Below, in pieces: positions 15,247-22,323 of a stretch of DNA of 32,000 nt; position 1 is the stretch's first letter, and each line of letters opens with the position of its first letter. Position numbers and translations under genes: made by a program. The notes under the pieces were generated by a model. It was not told where the DNA came from and did not search any database. It was given only the letters and a program-made list of their open reading frames with translations. The DNA is taken from contig NZ_CP066018.1 in assembly GCF_016127575.1 (NCBI RefSeq), forward strand, positions 3,390,001 through 3,422,000. Reading direction: 5' to 3'. This DNA comes from Cupriavidus necator (GTDB lineage Bacteria; Pseudomonadota; Gammaproteobacteria; Burkholderiales; Burkholderiaceae).

Positions 15247-16971
15247 ATGAGCAACCCTTTGGCGCCCGCGGGCAAGGTGCAGCCTTCGTCCGAACGTTCT
15301 CACTCCCTTGCCATGGCGATTGGCAGTGTGACGGTCGTTCTCGTCCTCGCGGGGGGATGCTTCTTGATGGCTACCGTCGAATGGTATCGGCAGTTCCTGG
15401 CGCCGTTGGTGCTCTTGACGGGCGCAGGCATCGGGCTCGCCGTGGGACTTTACTGGAACCGGTTGAGGAAGCTTACAGGGAGTAGTGATATCCAACGCGT
15501 GGCGGATAGCGAAGCCCAGTTGGCGGGGATCATCCGATCTTCGATGGAAGCGATCATCACCGTGGACGGTGACCAGCGCGTCGTACTGTTCAATCCCATG
15601 GCAGAAACGCTATTCGCCTGGCCGGCCGAACTTGCAATCGGGCGCTCCCTGAGCGACTTCATTCCCCACCGCTTTCGGGCCGCCCATGCAGAGCATGTGC
15701 GCCGGTTTGGGATCACGGGCGTTTCGGACCGCGAGATGGGACTCCAACGGGCGCTGTGCGCCATGCGTCGGGACGGAAGCGAGTTCCCTATCGAAGCATC
15801 CATTTCACAGATCTCTGTCGGCGAGGCCAAGTTATACACTGTGATGCTGCGCGATATCACCGAACGCGTGCGTGCTGAGGAAGCCCTGCACCGAAGCCTT
15901 CAGCTTGTGAAGGAAAGCGAGGCGCGATTGGCGGGAATTATCCGCTCCTCCATGGAAGCGATCATCACCGTGGACAATGAACAACGCGTAGTGCTGTTCA
16001 ACCCAATGGCGGAGACGTTGTTCGCCTGGCCCGCCGAACTCGCGATTGGCCGCCCCCTCGGCGACTTCATTCCCGAACGCTACCGGGCCGCTCATGAGGA
16101 GCACGTGCGTCGGTTTGGGATCACGGGCGTATCGGATCGTCAGATGGGACGTCAACGGGCACTCTACGCTCTGCGTCGTGACGGCACTGAATTCCCTATC
16201 GAAGCATCCATCTCGCAAACGGCCCACGAAGGCACGAAGCTATATACCGTGATGCTGCGTGATATCACGGAGCGGGCACGCGCGGAGGCGGCCCTGCGCC
16301 GCTCACGGGAAGAACTGCAACAGCTTTCAGATGGGATACTCGCTGCCCGCGAGGAGGAGAGGCGCCGCATTGCACGCGAGCTGCACGATGACCTGGGCCA
16401 GCGCCTGAGCGCGCTTAAGATGGACATGGCTATGCTCGGCGCGGACGTCGATGAGGGCCGTGACACAGCAGGACTGCTAGACGAGATTGGTGCCATAAAC
16501 GGCGTCATCGACAATACTGTTGCCTCGGTCCGACGCATTGCCAGTGACCTACGGCCGGCCTTGCTGGACGAGTTGGGAATGATTCCTGCCATTGAGTGGT
16601 TGGCCGATGATTTTGCCAACCGGTACGGATTGGCGGTGAGCGTGGACGGTGCCGAGGCTGACGTCCCCGCGCAGACGGCAATCGCCATGTTCCGCATTGT
16701 CCAGGAGGCATTGAGCAATGTCGTCCGGCATGCCGACGCGACCACCGTGCATATTCAGCTCACCCAGTCAGAGGGCCAACTTGTGTTGCGGGTGCAAGAC
16801 AATGGGGTGGGCTGGGACAAGGTCTCCTCCGCAAGCGGGCCACGCAAATCGCTGGGACTCCTTGGCATCCGGGAGCGGGCACGCCTTCTGGGTGGCAGCT
16901 TCACCATCGACAGCACTCCCGGCAAGGGCTTTTGCCTAATCGTGCAAATTCCCCACGAAAGGGTGGCCTGA
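15247..16971 (+). CDS. Membrane-anchored sensor histidine kinase: 2 TM, tandem FixL-like PAS, HisKA_3, HATPase_c
   Basis: The 813-aa track ORF is trimmed to ATG 15247, because the upstream part is antisense to the ATPase gene. Two hydrophobic helices with a ~7-aa loop. H-box ELHDDLGQRLSALK is NarX/DevS-type HisKA_3. N/G boxes: EALSNVVRHA, DNGVGW, GLLGIRERA. No RBS is obvious, so the start is approximate. Confidence 0.85.
   Translation: MSNPLAPAGKVQPSSERSHSLAMAIGSVTVVLVLAGGCFLMATVEWYRQFLAPLVLLTGAGIGLAVGLYWNRLRKLTGSSDIQRVADSEAQLAGIIRSSMEAIITVDGDQRVVLFNPMAETLFAWPAELAIGRSLSDFIPHRFRAAHAEHVRRFGITGVSDREMGLQRALCAMRRDGSEFPIEASISQISVGEAKLYTVMLRDITERVRAEEALHRSLQLVKESEARLAGIIRSSMEAIITVDNEQRVVLFNPMAETLFAWPAELAIGRPLGDFIPERYRAAHEEHVRRFGITGVSDRQMGRQRALYALRRDGTEFPIEASISQTAHEGTKLYTVMLRDITERARAEAALRRSREELQQLSDGILAAREEERRRIARELHDDLGQRLSALKMDMAMLGADVDEGRDTAGLLDEIGAINGVIDNTVASVRRIASDLRPALLDELGMIPAIEWLADDFANRYGLAVSVDGAEADVPAQTAIAMFRIVQEALSNVVRHADATTVHIQLTQSEGQLVLRVQDNGVGWDKVSSASGPRKSLGLLGIRERARLLGGSFTIDSTPGKGFCLIVQIPHERVA
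15511..16308 (+). repeat. Tandem in-frame duplication (period 408 bp) encoding the two PAS modules
   Basis: Copy 1 starts ~15511 and copy 2 ~15919. By my hand alignment 104 of 125 aligned residues are identical (83%). Identical 20-24 nt runs include atggaagcgatcatcaccgtggac, cggtttgggatcacgggcgt and ttccctatcgaagcatccat. Confidence 0.85.
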
Positions 16972-17036
16972 TGCGACATGCCTCATGATTGGGGATGGCA
17001 TCGCAGTTGTCCGGAATCAAGCCCCCATGTGCCGGG

Positions 17037-17105
17037 GTAATTCTGGCGATTGTAATTGCGAACGCCGCGACCGGCTTCATTCAGGACGGCAAGGCGGAAA
17101 AAAGC
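17037..17105 (+). pseudogene. Short remnant of a P2-type (CtpF/Ca-Mg-like) P-type ATPase, TM2 region
   Basis: VILAIVIANAATGFIQDGKAEKS matches the very conserved P2-ATPase block ..V..NA.vGFiQE.kAE.al. The similarity is lost on both sides. Only ~23 codons, so low confidence. Confidence 0.35.
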
Positions 17106-17281
17106 CACGGACCGTTTCGGCACCGGCGACGCTACGCCGAATGCTTTGCAGACACTCACTCCATTCTGCTGCTGCAGCGGAACTGCCGTCGCAAGAGCGA
17201 CGGCCGGACGGCAAGGGGCTGGCAGGTTTGCGGTCTGACGGGATTAGTCCGCACGAGGGCCAAACCTTACGGCTAGACCCA

Positions 17282-17842
17282 TCATCCGCCTGGCGCCATC
17301 TTTCCACCCATGCCCGGACCCATCCCCGGCCCCATGCCCGGACCCATGCCCGGACCCATGCCCATGCCCGGGCCCATGCCTTGGTCGTTGGCCATCGTCT
17401 GCATCATTTCCTGCATGAACGCCATGTGACTACCCGCCATGTCTTGGCACATCTGCATTTGATTTGATGGGGCGTTTCCCTTGGCGACTCTCTTGCCAGG
17501 AGCCATACGAGCAGGGCCGCCCATTTTCATCATGTCCTTTTGCATGATGGCCATTGCATCTTGCATGACCTGATGGCGTTCAGCCAAGAGGGCCTGACGC
17601 TCCTCCGGCGTTTTGGCACGCGAAAGCCGCTCTCTGATGGCACGCAGGTGGGCAACCTGGGCGTCCAGCTTTGCATCGCTGGAAACTCCGGGAGTTACGA
17701 CCGGAGCCTTATCTTGCCGCTTTTCAGGATGGTGCTGCTCATGCTCAATGCCGGTAGCCGGCGACGCCGGGAAAGCTGCTGGCGCCCACGCTAGCACGGC
17801 GGCCGCAGTGATAAGGGTAGAGAGGCGATGGTTGGTGGACAT
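17282..17842 (-). CDS. Secreted Met-rich protein with C-terminal (GPGM)n repeat; possible periplasmic Cu(I)/metal-binding or CpxP/Spy/ZraP-like protein
   Basis: 186 aa. RBS AGGAGGA. Signal peptide LITAAAVLAWAPAAFPA|SP. I counted 23 Met in the C-terminal ~105 residues. Tail: GMGPGMGMGPGMGPGMGPGMGPGMGGKM. The function is inferred from composition only. Confidence 0.7.
   Translation of the reverse strand: MSTNHRLSTLITAAAVLAWAPAAFPASPATGIEHEQHHPEKRQDKAPVVTPGVSSDAKLDAQVAHLRAIRERLSRAKTPEERQALLAERHQVMQDAMAIMQKDMMKMGGPARMAPGKRVAKGNAPSNQMQMCQDMAGSHMAFMQEMMQTMANDQGMGPGMGMGPGMGPGMGPGMGPGMGGKMAPGG
17309..17380 (-). repeat. In-frame 12-nt coding microsatellite (CATGCCCGGNCC on the + strand = GPGM), five units plus two 6-nt half-units
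   Basis: Units at 17309-20, 17321-32, 17333-44, 17345-56 and 17363-74. Half-units catgcc at 17357-62 and 17375-80. Confidence 0.85.
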
Positions 17843-17907
17843 GGGAGATCCTCCTATGAAAACATGATGGTTCCTAGTCCAAGGTATGCGGCGGTCAGGG
17901 ATTTGAG

Positions 17908-17921
17908 TTGATTGGGATCAA
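17908..17921. promoter_or_regulatory. Perfect FNR/FixK consensus box TTGAT-TGGG-ATCAA
   Basis: 10/10 match. Centre is 72.5 bp upstream of the Met-rich protein ATG (17842). This fits a class II (-41.5) activator site with a ~30-nt leader. Confidence 0.75.
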
Positions 17922-17964
17922 CGAAGCGATGGGTGTACCGGGTGTTCAGTCCCATCGATGTGCT

Positions 17965-17998
17965 GGTCTGCGCAGGAGCAATCTGCGCAGACCATTTT
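17965..17998 (+). terminator. Intrinsic-terminator-like hairpin: 11-bp perfect stem GGTCTGCGCAG / CTGCGCAGACC, 7-nt loop, then ATTTTG
   Basis: Stem 17965-75 and 17983-93, followed by ATTTTGC on the + strand only. There is no + strand gene upstream, so its role is unclear. Confidence 0.35.
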
Positions 17999-18214
17999 GC
18001 GGATGCCCTCAGCAGCAATGCTCCGGTTGCCAGGAAACGGTCTGGCCAGGAACAAATCCGGCGGCGGAATACCTGGAAATCGACTATGAGGGCAGCAAGT
18101 CAGCGGGAACCGTATAAAGCGCCACTTCGCCCGTCGGCGCCAGCCCTGCGGCGCATTGTTTGTTCCTCTGCCACGCCTCTATCCAACTGCACTTCGCTGC
18201 CAGTGCCGGCGTGC

Positions 18215-18658
18215 TTACGCCCGTTGCATGCTTGATTTGGCGCGCTCCGCGACGTCGAACACGAGCATGCCAGCCACCATTGCTGCCACAAAGCCAATGG
18301 CCTTCGGATAGCCAGCGCCCAGGGCAACCAGCGCGGGACCAGGGCAGAAGCCGGCCAGACCCCAGCCGACGCCGAAGGCGGCGCTGCCCAGTACCAGCCG
18401 CAGCGTTACGGCCGTGCTGGCCGGCAGTTGCACAGGCAGCCCCAGGAAGGAGTGTTTGCGGTGTTTGGCGATGAGGAAGGCGAGCGAGCCAATGGCAATG
18501 GCACCGGCCATCACAAAAGCGAGGGACGGGTCCCAGGTTCCTGCAAGGTCAAGAAAGCCCAGCACCTTGGCCGGGTTGGCCATGCCGGAGACCATCAGGC
18601 CAATGCCAAATAGCAGGCCTGCGACGAGTGCAGTCATGGCGGTCATATCAGCCTCCAA
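18215..18658 (-). CDS. YeeE/YedE-family (DUF395) half-size sulfur-compound transporter subunit
   Basis: 147 aa, four hydrophobic helices, GFCPGPALVALG motif. Overlaps the upstream paralogue by 11 nt. Confidence 0.8.
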   Translation of the reverse strand: MEADMTAMTALVAGLLFGIGLMVSGMANPAKVLGFLDLAGTWDPSLAFVMAGAIAIGSLAFLIAKHRKHSFLGLPVQLPASTAVTLRLVLGSAAFGVGWGLAGFCPGPALVALGAGYPKAIGFVAAMVAGMLVFDVAERAKSSMQRA

Positions 18659-19082
18659 TCAGGTGCCGTTGCACGAAGACAGTCAGGAATCCCGCCACCA
18701 TGAAGGTGAGGGTGGCGACCAGCGAGCGGATGGAGCCGCGCGAGATGCCGCACACGCCATGGCCGCTGGTGCAGCCGCTGGCGTAGCGGGTGCCAAGGCC
18801 GACCAGGAAGCCGGCGGCCAGGATTTCGCCCCAGCTTGCCTGGATATCCGCAATGGCGGGCTTGCCGAGCAGGCTCGCAATCACAGGAGCGCCAACCAGG
18901 CCAGCGAGGAAGGTCAGGCGCCAGGCCATGTCCTTTCGAGGCAGGCTAAGCAGGCCGCCGAAGATGCCGCTGATGCCGGCAATGCGGCCGTTGAACAGCA
19001 GCAGCACAGCGGCCGCCGCACCGATGATGAGCCCGCCGACCAGTGACAGGCCGGGCGTGAAGTTAGCGAGGTCAATCAGCAT
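18648..19082 (-). CDS. YeeE/YedE-family (DUF395) half-size sulfur-compound transporter subunit
   Basis: 144 aa. GTRYASGCTSGHGVCGISRGS motif typical of the family. Overlaps the bigR-like gene by 7 nt. Confidence 0.8.
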   Translation of the reverse strand: MLIDLANFTPGLSLVGGLIIGAAAAVLLLFNGRIAGISGIFGGLLSLPRKDMAWRLTFLAGLVGAPVIASLLGKPAIADIQASWGEILAAGFLVGLGTRYASGCTSGHGVCGISRGSIRSLVATLTFMVAGFLTVFVQRHLIGG

Positions 19083-19414
19083 GTCGCCTCCTGATCGGGG
19101 TTGGCACAGAACTGTTCATAAAGGACCGCCATGACGGCAAGCGCCTGGGGGCTCGCCACCGAATAGAAGATGTTCTTGCCGTCACGGCGCGTGGCCACCA
19201 GGCTGTTCTCGCGCAGCACACCGAGCTGTTGAGACAGCGTCGGCTGCCGGATGCCGAGCTGTTCCTCCAGCTCACCGACAGACAGCTCGCCTTGGGACAG
19301 GCGGCACATCAGCAGCAGGCGGTCCGGATTGGCAAGCACCTTGAGCAGGGTACAGGCCTGCGCCGCAGCAGCTTGCATGCTGGCGAGGTCGATGGCGGGG
19401 TGGGGCTGGTCCAT
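19076..19414 (-). CDS. bigR: ArsR-family winged-helix repressor, BigR-like redox/persulfide switch
   Basis: 112 aa. wHTH region SVGELEEQLGIRQPTLSQQLGVLR. Cys37 (LLMCRL) and Cys103 (EQFCAN) are 66 residues apart, the same spacing as the Cys42/Cys108 pair I recall for Xylella BigR. The genomic context is YeeE x2 plus a divergent blh. Confidence 0.8.
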   Translation of the reverse strand: MDQPHPAIDLASMQAAAAQACTLLKVLANPDRLLLMCRLSQGELSVGELEEQLGIRQPTLSQQLGVLRENSLVATRRDGKNIFYSVASPQALAVMAVLYEQFCANPDQEATC

Positions 19415-19437
19415 AGGTCGTTTACATTTTGCTTGTT

Positions 19438-19478
19438 AATATTATATTGAAAAATAGAATGTATGTGAATAGAATGTA
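19438..19478. promoter_or_regulatory. AT-rich divergent promoter/operator candidates: palindrome AATAT-T-ATATT and direct repeat AATAGAATGTA x2
   Basis: Palindrome at 19438-19448. 11-nt direct repeats at 19453-63 and 19468-78 (15-bp period). These lie in the only 84 bp between bigR and blh, a segment that is strikingly AT-rich for this genome. Confidence 0.4.
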
Positions 19479-19498
19479 CTGCATCCAAGGAGGCGAGC

Positions 19499-20359
19499 AT
19501 GCACCCGACTATCCAGCCGTTCTTCGACCCTGCGACCTGGACTGTGACGTACGTGGTCTTTCAGGAGGGGCGCCCCGAGTGCGCCATCATCGACTCGGTG
19601 CTGGACTACGACCCCAAGGCGGGTCGGACATCGACGGCAAGTGCTGATAAGGTTGTTGCGTTTGTGCGCGCGCATGGACTGAGAGTCGAGTGGATTCTCG
19701 AGACGCACGCGCATGCTGACCACCTGTCTGCCGCGCCGTACCTGAAGCGACACCTGGGTGGCCAGACAGCAATAGGCCAGAACATCCGCAACGTACAGGG
19801 GGTCTTCAAGACGCTCTTTAACCTGGAGCCTGAGTTTCGGCTCGACGGGTCGCAGTTCGACCACCTGTTTGACGACGGAGCGACGTTTGCCATCGGCGGC
19901 CTGACCGGCAGGGCGATTCATGTGCCAGGGCATACACCCGCCGACATGGCTTACCAGATTGGGGACGCGGTCTTTGTCGGCGATACGCTGTTCATGCCGG
20001 ACGTCGGCACGGCTCGCTGCGATTTCCCGGGCGGCGACGCACACGAGTTGTATCGCTCCATCCGCAAGCTGCTGGACCTGCCGAGCAATACACGGCTCTT
20101 TATGTGTCACGACTATCCGCCCGAGGGGCGCGGGCCTGCATGGGAAACGACGGTGCGCGCTCAGCGCGAAGGCAATATCCACGTGCATGACGGCGTGAGC
20201 GAGGAACAGTTCGTGGCCATGCGCCGGGCGCGCGATGCGACGCTGGCGATGCCGACGCTGCTTCTGCCGTCGGTGCAAGTCAATATACGAGCCGGGGAGT
20301 TGCCGCCGCCCGATGCGAATGGCGTTCGCTATCTAAAAATCCCTCTGGACGTCATCTGA
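19499..20359 (+). CDS. blh: MBL-fold hydrolase, Blh/ETHE1-like persulfide dioxygenase candidate
   Basis: 286 aa. RBS AAGGAGG. Metal motif THAHADH and a later HVPGHTPAD. Divergent from bigR, as in BigR-type sulfide detoxification loci. Confidence 0.8.
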   Translation: MHPTIQPFFDPATWTVTYVVFQEGRPECAIIDSVLDYDPKAGRTSTASADKVVAFVRAHGLRVEWILETHAHADHLSAAPYLKRHLGGQTAIGQNIRNVQGVFKTLFNLEPEFRLDGSQFDHLFDDGATFAIGGLTGRAIHVPGHTPADMAYQIGDAVFVGDTLFMPDVGTARCDFPGGDAHELYRSIRKLLDLPSNTRLFMCHDYPPEGRGPAWETTVRAQREGNIHVHDGVSEEQFVAMRRARDATLAMPTLLLPSVQVNIRAGELPPPDANGVRYLKIPLDVI

Positions 20360-20379
20360 GGCAGGTTGTTTTCAATTGT

Positions 20380-20592
20380 TGTTCCCATTGCGATGGCGAC
20401 GAACCGGAATGCACTCTCGACGCGGCCACCGAGCGCCGCAGCTGCGCCCAGGCAGAGCGCGCCGATGCCATACCCGAGGTCGCGCCAGAAGCGGTAGATG
20501 CCGATGGCGGACGCCCGCCAACTGGGGTGTGCGATGTCGGCTACCGCAGCGCTCAGATTGGGGTACAACATCGCCATGCCCGGCCCGGTCAT
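20380..20592 (-). pseudogene. C-terminal remnant of an MFS transporter
   Basis: YPNLSAAVADIAHPSWRASAIGIYRFWRDLGYGIGALCLGAAA looks like TM11-12 of an MFS protein. Nothing upstream corresponds to the first ~330 aa, and the reading frame runs into the 3' end of blh. Confidence 0.5.
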
Positions 20593-20755
20593 CCCTCGGG
20601 CTTGTTACGGCTTCGTCATACTTCACCGTAGTGCTGCCAGCGACCCAATTAGCCTCCGCCCCTGCTCAGAACGGACAGCAGGCCTCTAACTTCAATGATG
20701 CTGGTCTTCATCTCATCCATCCTCGCAGGTCACAAGTTCGTGCTGCGCTACCGTC

Positions 20756-21559
20756 TCACTTCGAAATCGCCCCGCTCAGAAGATGTTCCTCTGCATAAGG
20801 AAACACAACTTCCGGATTAGGGCGAATCAGCTCAGCGTCCTTGTGCGCATAGTGAAGGCGGGTCAGTAGATCCTTGATGACGCTGAGGCGTGCGACATGC
20901 TTGTCGTCGGCGCGCACGACGTTCCATGGCACGATGTCGCTGGTTCGAGCAAACATCTCGTTCCGTGCCTTACTGTATTTCTTCCAAAGCGATACCGCTT
21001 GTTCGTCAATGGGGCTGACTTTCCACTGTTTTAGCGGGTCCCGGCGGCGCTCTTCGATGCGCTTCTTCTGTTCGGCCTTGCTGATGTCAAGGTAGTACTT
21101 GATAAGACGAATTCCGGAACGCACGAGCATCCGTTCGAACTCTGGGACACTTGCCATGAACTCCTCATGCTCGTCCTTGGTGCAGAAGCCCATCACATGT
21201 TCCACACCGGCCCGGTTGTACCAACTGCGATTGAAAAGGGTGAACTCGCCGGCCGCAGGCAGCTCGGCCGCATAGCGGCGGAAGTACCAGGAGCCTCGGT
21301 CACGGTCGGATGGCTTCCCCAGTGCGACGACGCGCGTTTCACGCGGACTGAGGTGTTCGACAATGCGCTTGATGGTCCCATCCTTCCCAGACGCATCCCT
21401 TCCCTCAAAAATCACCAGAATCCGGTCGCTGCAGGAAATGAAGTGCTTCTGTAGTTTGACCAGCTCGATTTGAAGCAGGTGGAGATTCTCCTCATAGCTG
21501 TCATGGGAGAGGGCGCTTGCCTCGGATGGAGCCGTCTTGCTACTTGTCTTCATTTTCAT
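20756..21559 (-). CDS. ppk2: Polyphosphate kinase 2 (single-domain PPK2)
   Basis: 267 aa. RBS GGGAGGTG. Walker-A-like FEGRDASGKDGTIK, followed by FNRSWYNRAGVEHVMGF and the lid region. Confidence 0.9.
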   Translation of the reverse strand: MKMKTSSKTAPSEASALSHDSYEENLHLLQIELVKLQKHFISCSDRILVIFEGRDASGKDGTIKRIVEHLSPRETRVVALGKPSDRDRGSWYFRRYAAELPAAGEFTLFNRSWYNRAGVEHVMGFCTKDEHEEFMASVPEFERMLVRSGIRLIKYYLDISKAEQKKRIEERRRDPLKQWKVSPIDEQAVSLWKKYSKARNEMFARTSDIVPWNVVRADDKHVARLSVIKDLLTRLHYAHKDAELIRPNPEVVFPYAEEHLLSGAISK

Positions 21560-21990
21560 GGTTCACCTCCCTTGAGTCGGGCGCATCGGGTGGGAAAGGG
21601 TGGGGCTTTCCAGGTGAAAGCGGGGTAACTTTTTCGTTGAGCAACAGCTCCAGCGAAGGGCGGTCTACGACCTCCTGTTCGAGCAGTAGCTTTGCCAGCG
21701 CGTCTGGCTTGTGCCGGTTTGCCAGCAATGTTTGCTTCACCCGCTGACTGGCGTCGCCCAGAATCGTCCGCACTTCTGCATCAATGATTTGCGCAGTACT
21801 CTCGCTGTACTCTTTGCGTTGCCGAGGCATTGGCAGCTTCGAGGTCCTGGACCAGATTGGGGTCGTTGACCCGAAGCGTGGAGAAGGGGTGGTCTCCCTT
21901 TCCCTGGCGCAACATCTCTTCGACCTGTGGCTTGGGGAGCAGAGTCTCAATGCCAGTGGTGACACGAGCTCGTAAAGAGCTGTGGCGCAA
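21540..21990 (-). pseudogene. ftsH: C-terminal remnant of an FtsH-family protease (frameshifted, N-terminally truncated)
   Basis: One frame reads RKEYSESTAQIIDAEVRTILGDASQRVKQTLLANRHKPDALAKLLLEQEVVDRPSLELLL, the FtsH C-terminal helical region (compare ..SDETARIIDQEV...L...ETID). An upstream piece, VTTG...GDHPFSTL...PNLVQDL, is in another frame. The AAA and zinc-protease cores are absent. Confidence 0.6.
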
Positions 21991-22020
21991 GGACTTGGAG
22001 TCATATCGCCATTCTTGGTA

Positions 22021-22287
22021 TCAGGTCTCTCCTTGAAGGCTGTTGTGTAACCATGCAAAGAATGCCCCGGCAGCGAAGAACCACACCGCAAACACAAAGG
22101 CTGGATAGATGATGGACCACCACGATACTGATTCGCCGGTCTGAAGGCGCCGGAAATCGAGCCCGTGAAAGAGCGCGTTCATGAAATTCATGAAGGGCTC
22201 AGGAAGAACCATCCAGACGAGCGTGCATAGAACGTAGAACAGCACGACCGTGGCGGATAGCGTCAAACCAGTCTTGAAGGGTTTCAT
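22021..22287 (-). CDS. Small multi-pass membrane protein (resembles what RefSeq labels DUF5676; recalled from memory)
   Basis: Track ORF trimmed to ATG 22287 (GGAGG 6 nt upstream). 88 aa with hydrophobic segments LTLSATVVLFYVLCTLVWMVL and IIYPAFVFAVWFFAAGAFFAW. Confidence 0.6.
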   Translation of the reverse strand: MKPFKTGLTLSATVVLFYVLCTLVWMVLPEPFMNFMNALFHGLDFRRLQTGESVSWWSIIYPAFVFAVWFFAAGAFFAWLHNSLQGET

Positions 22288-22323
22288 GGCAGCCTCCGGG
22301 TGCAAGGAAGATGACGGTTGAAT

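Noticed and set aside
17185-17204. 8-bp stem hairpin GCCGTCGC-AAGA-GCGACGGC ~80 nt downstream of the Met-rich gene
   Set aside because: It has no U-tract in either orientation. GC-rich hairpins of this size are frequent in such DNA, so it is not called as a terminator.
17309-17380. Short tandem repeats that could superficially suggest a CRISPR or other non-coding array
   Set aside because: The 12-nt units are contiguous with no spacers, are in frame and encode the GPGM tail of a signal-peptide-bearing protein. This is a coding microsatellite, not CRISPR.
20649-20720. 23-codon minus-strand ORF MDEMKTSIIEVRGLLSVLSRGGG resembling the first residues of an ABC-transporter ATPase
   Set aside because: It is too short to distinguish from chance, and no Walker A follows.
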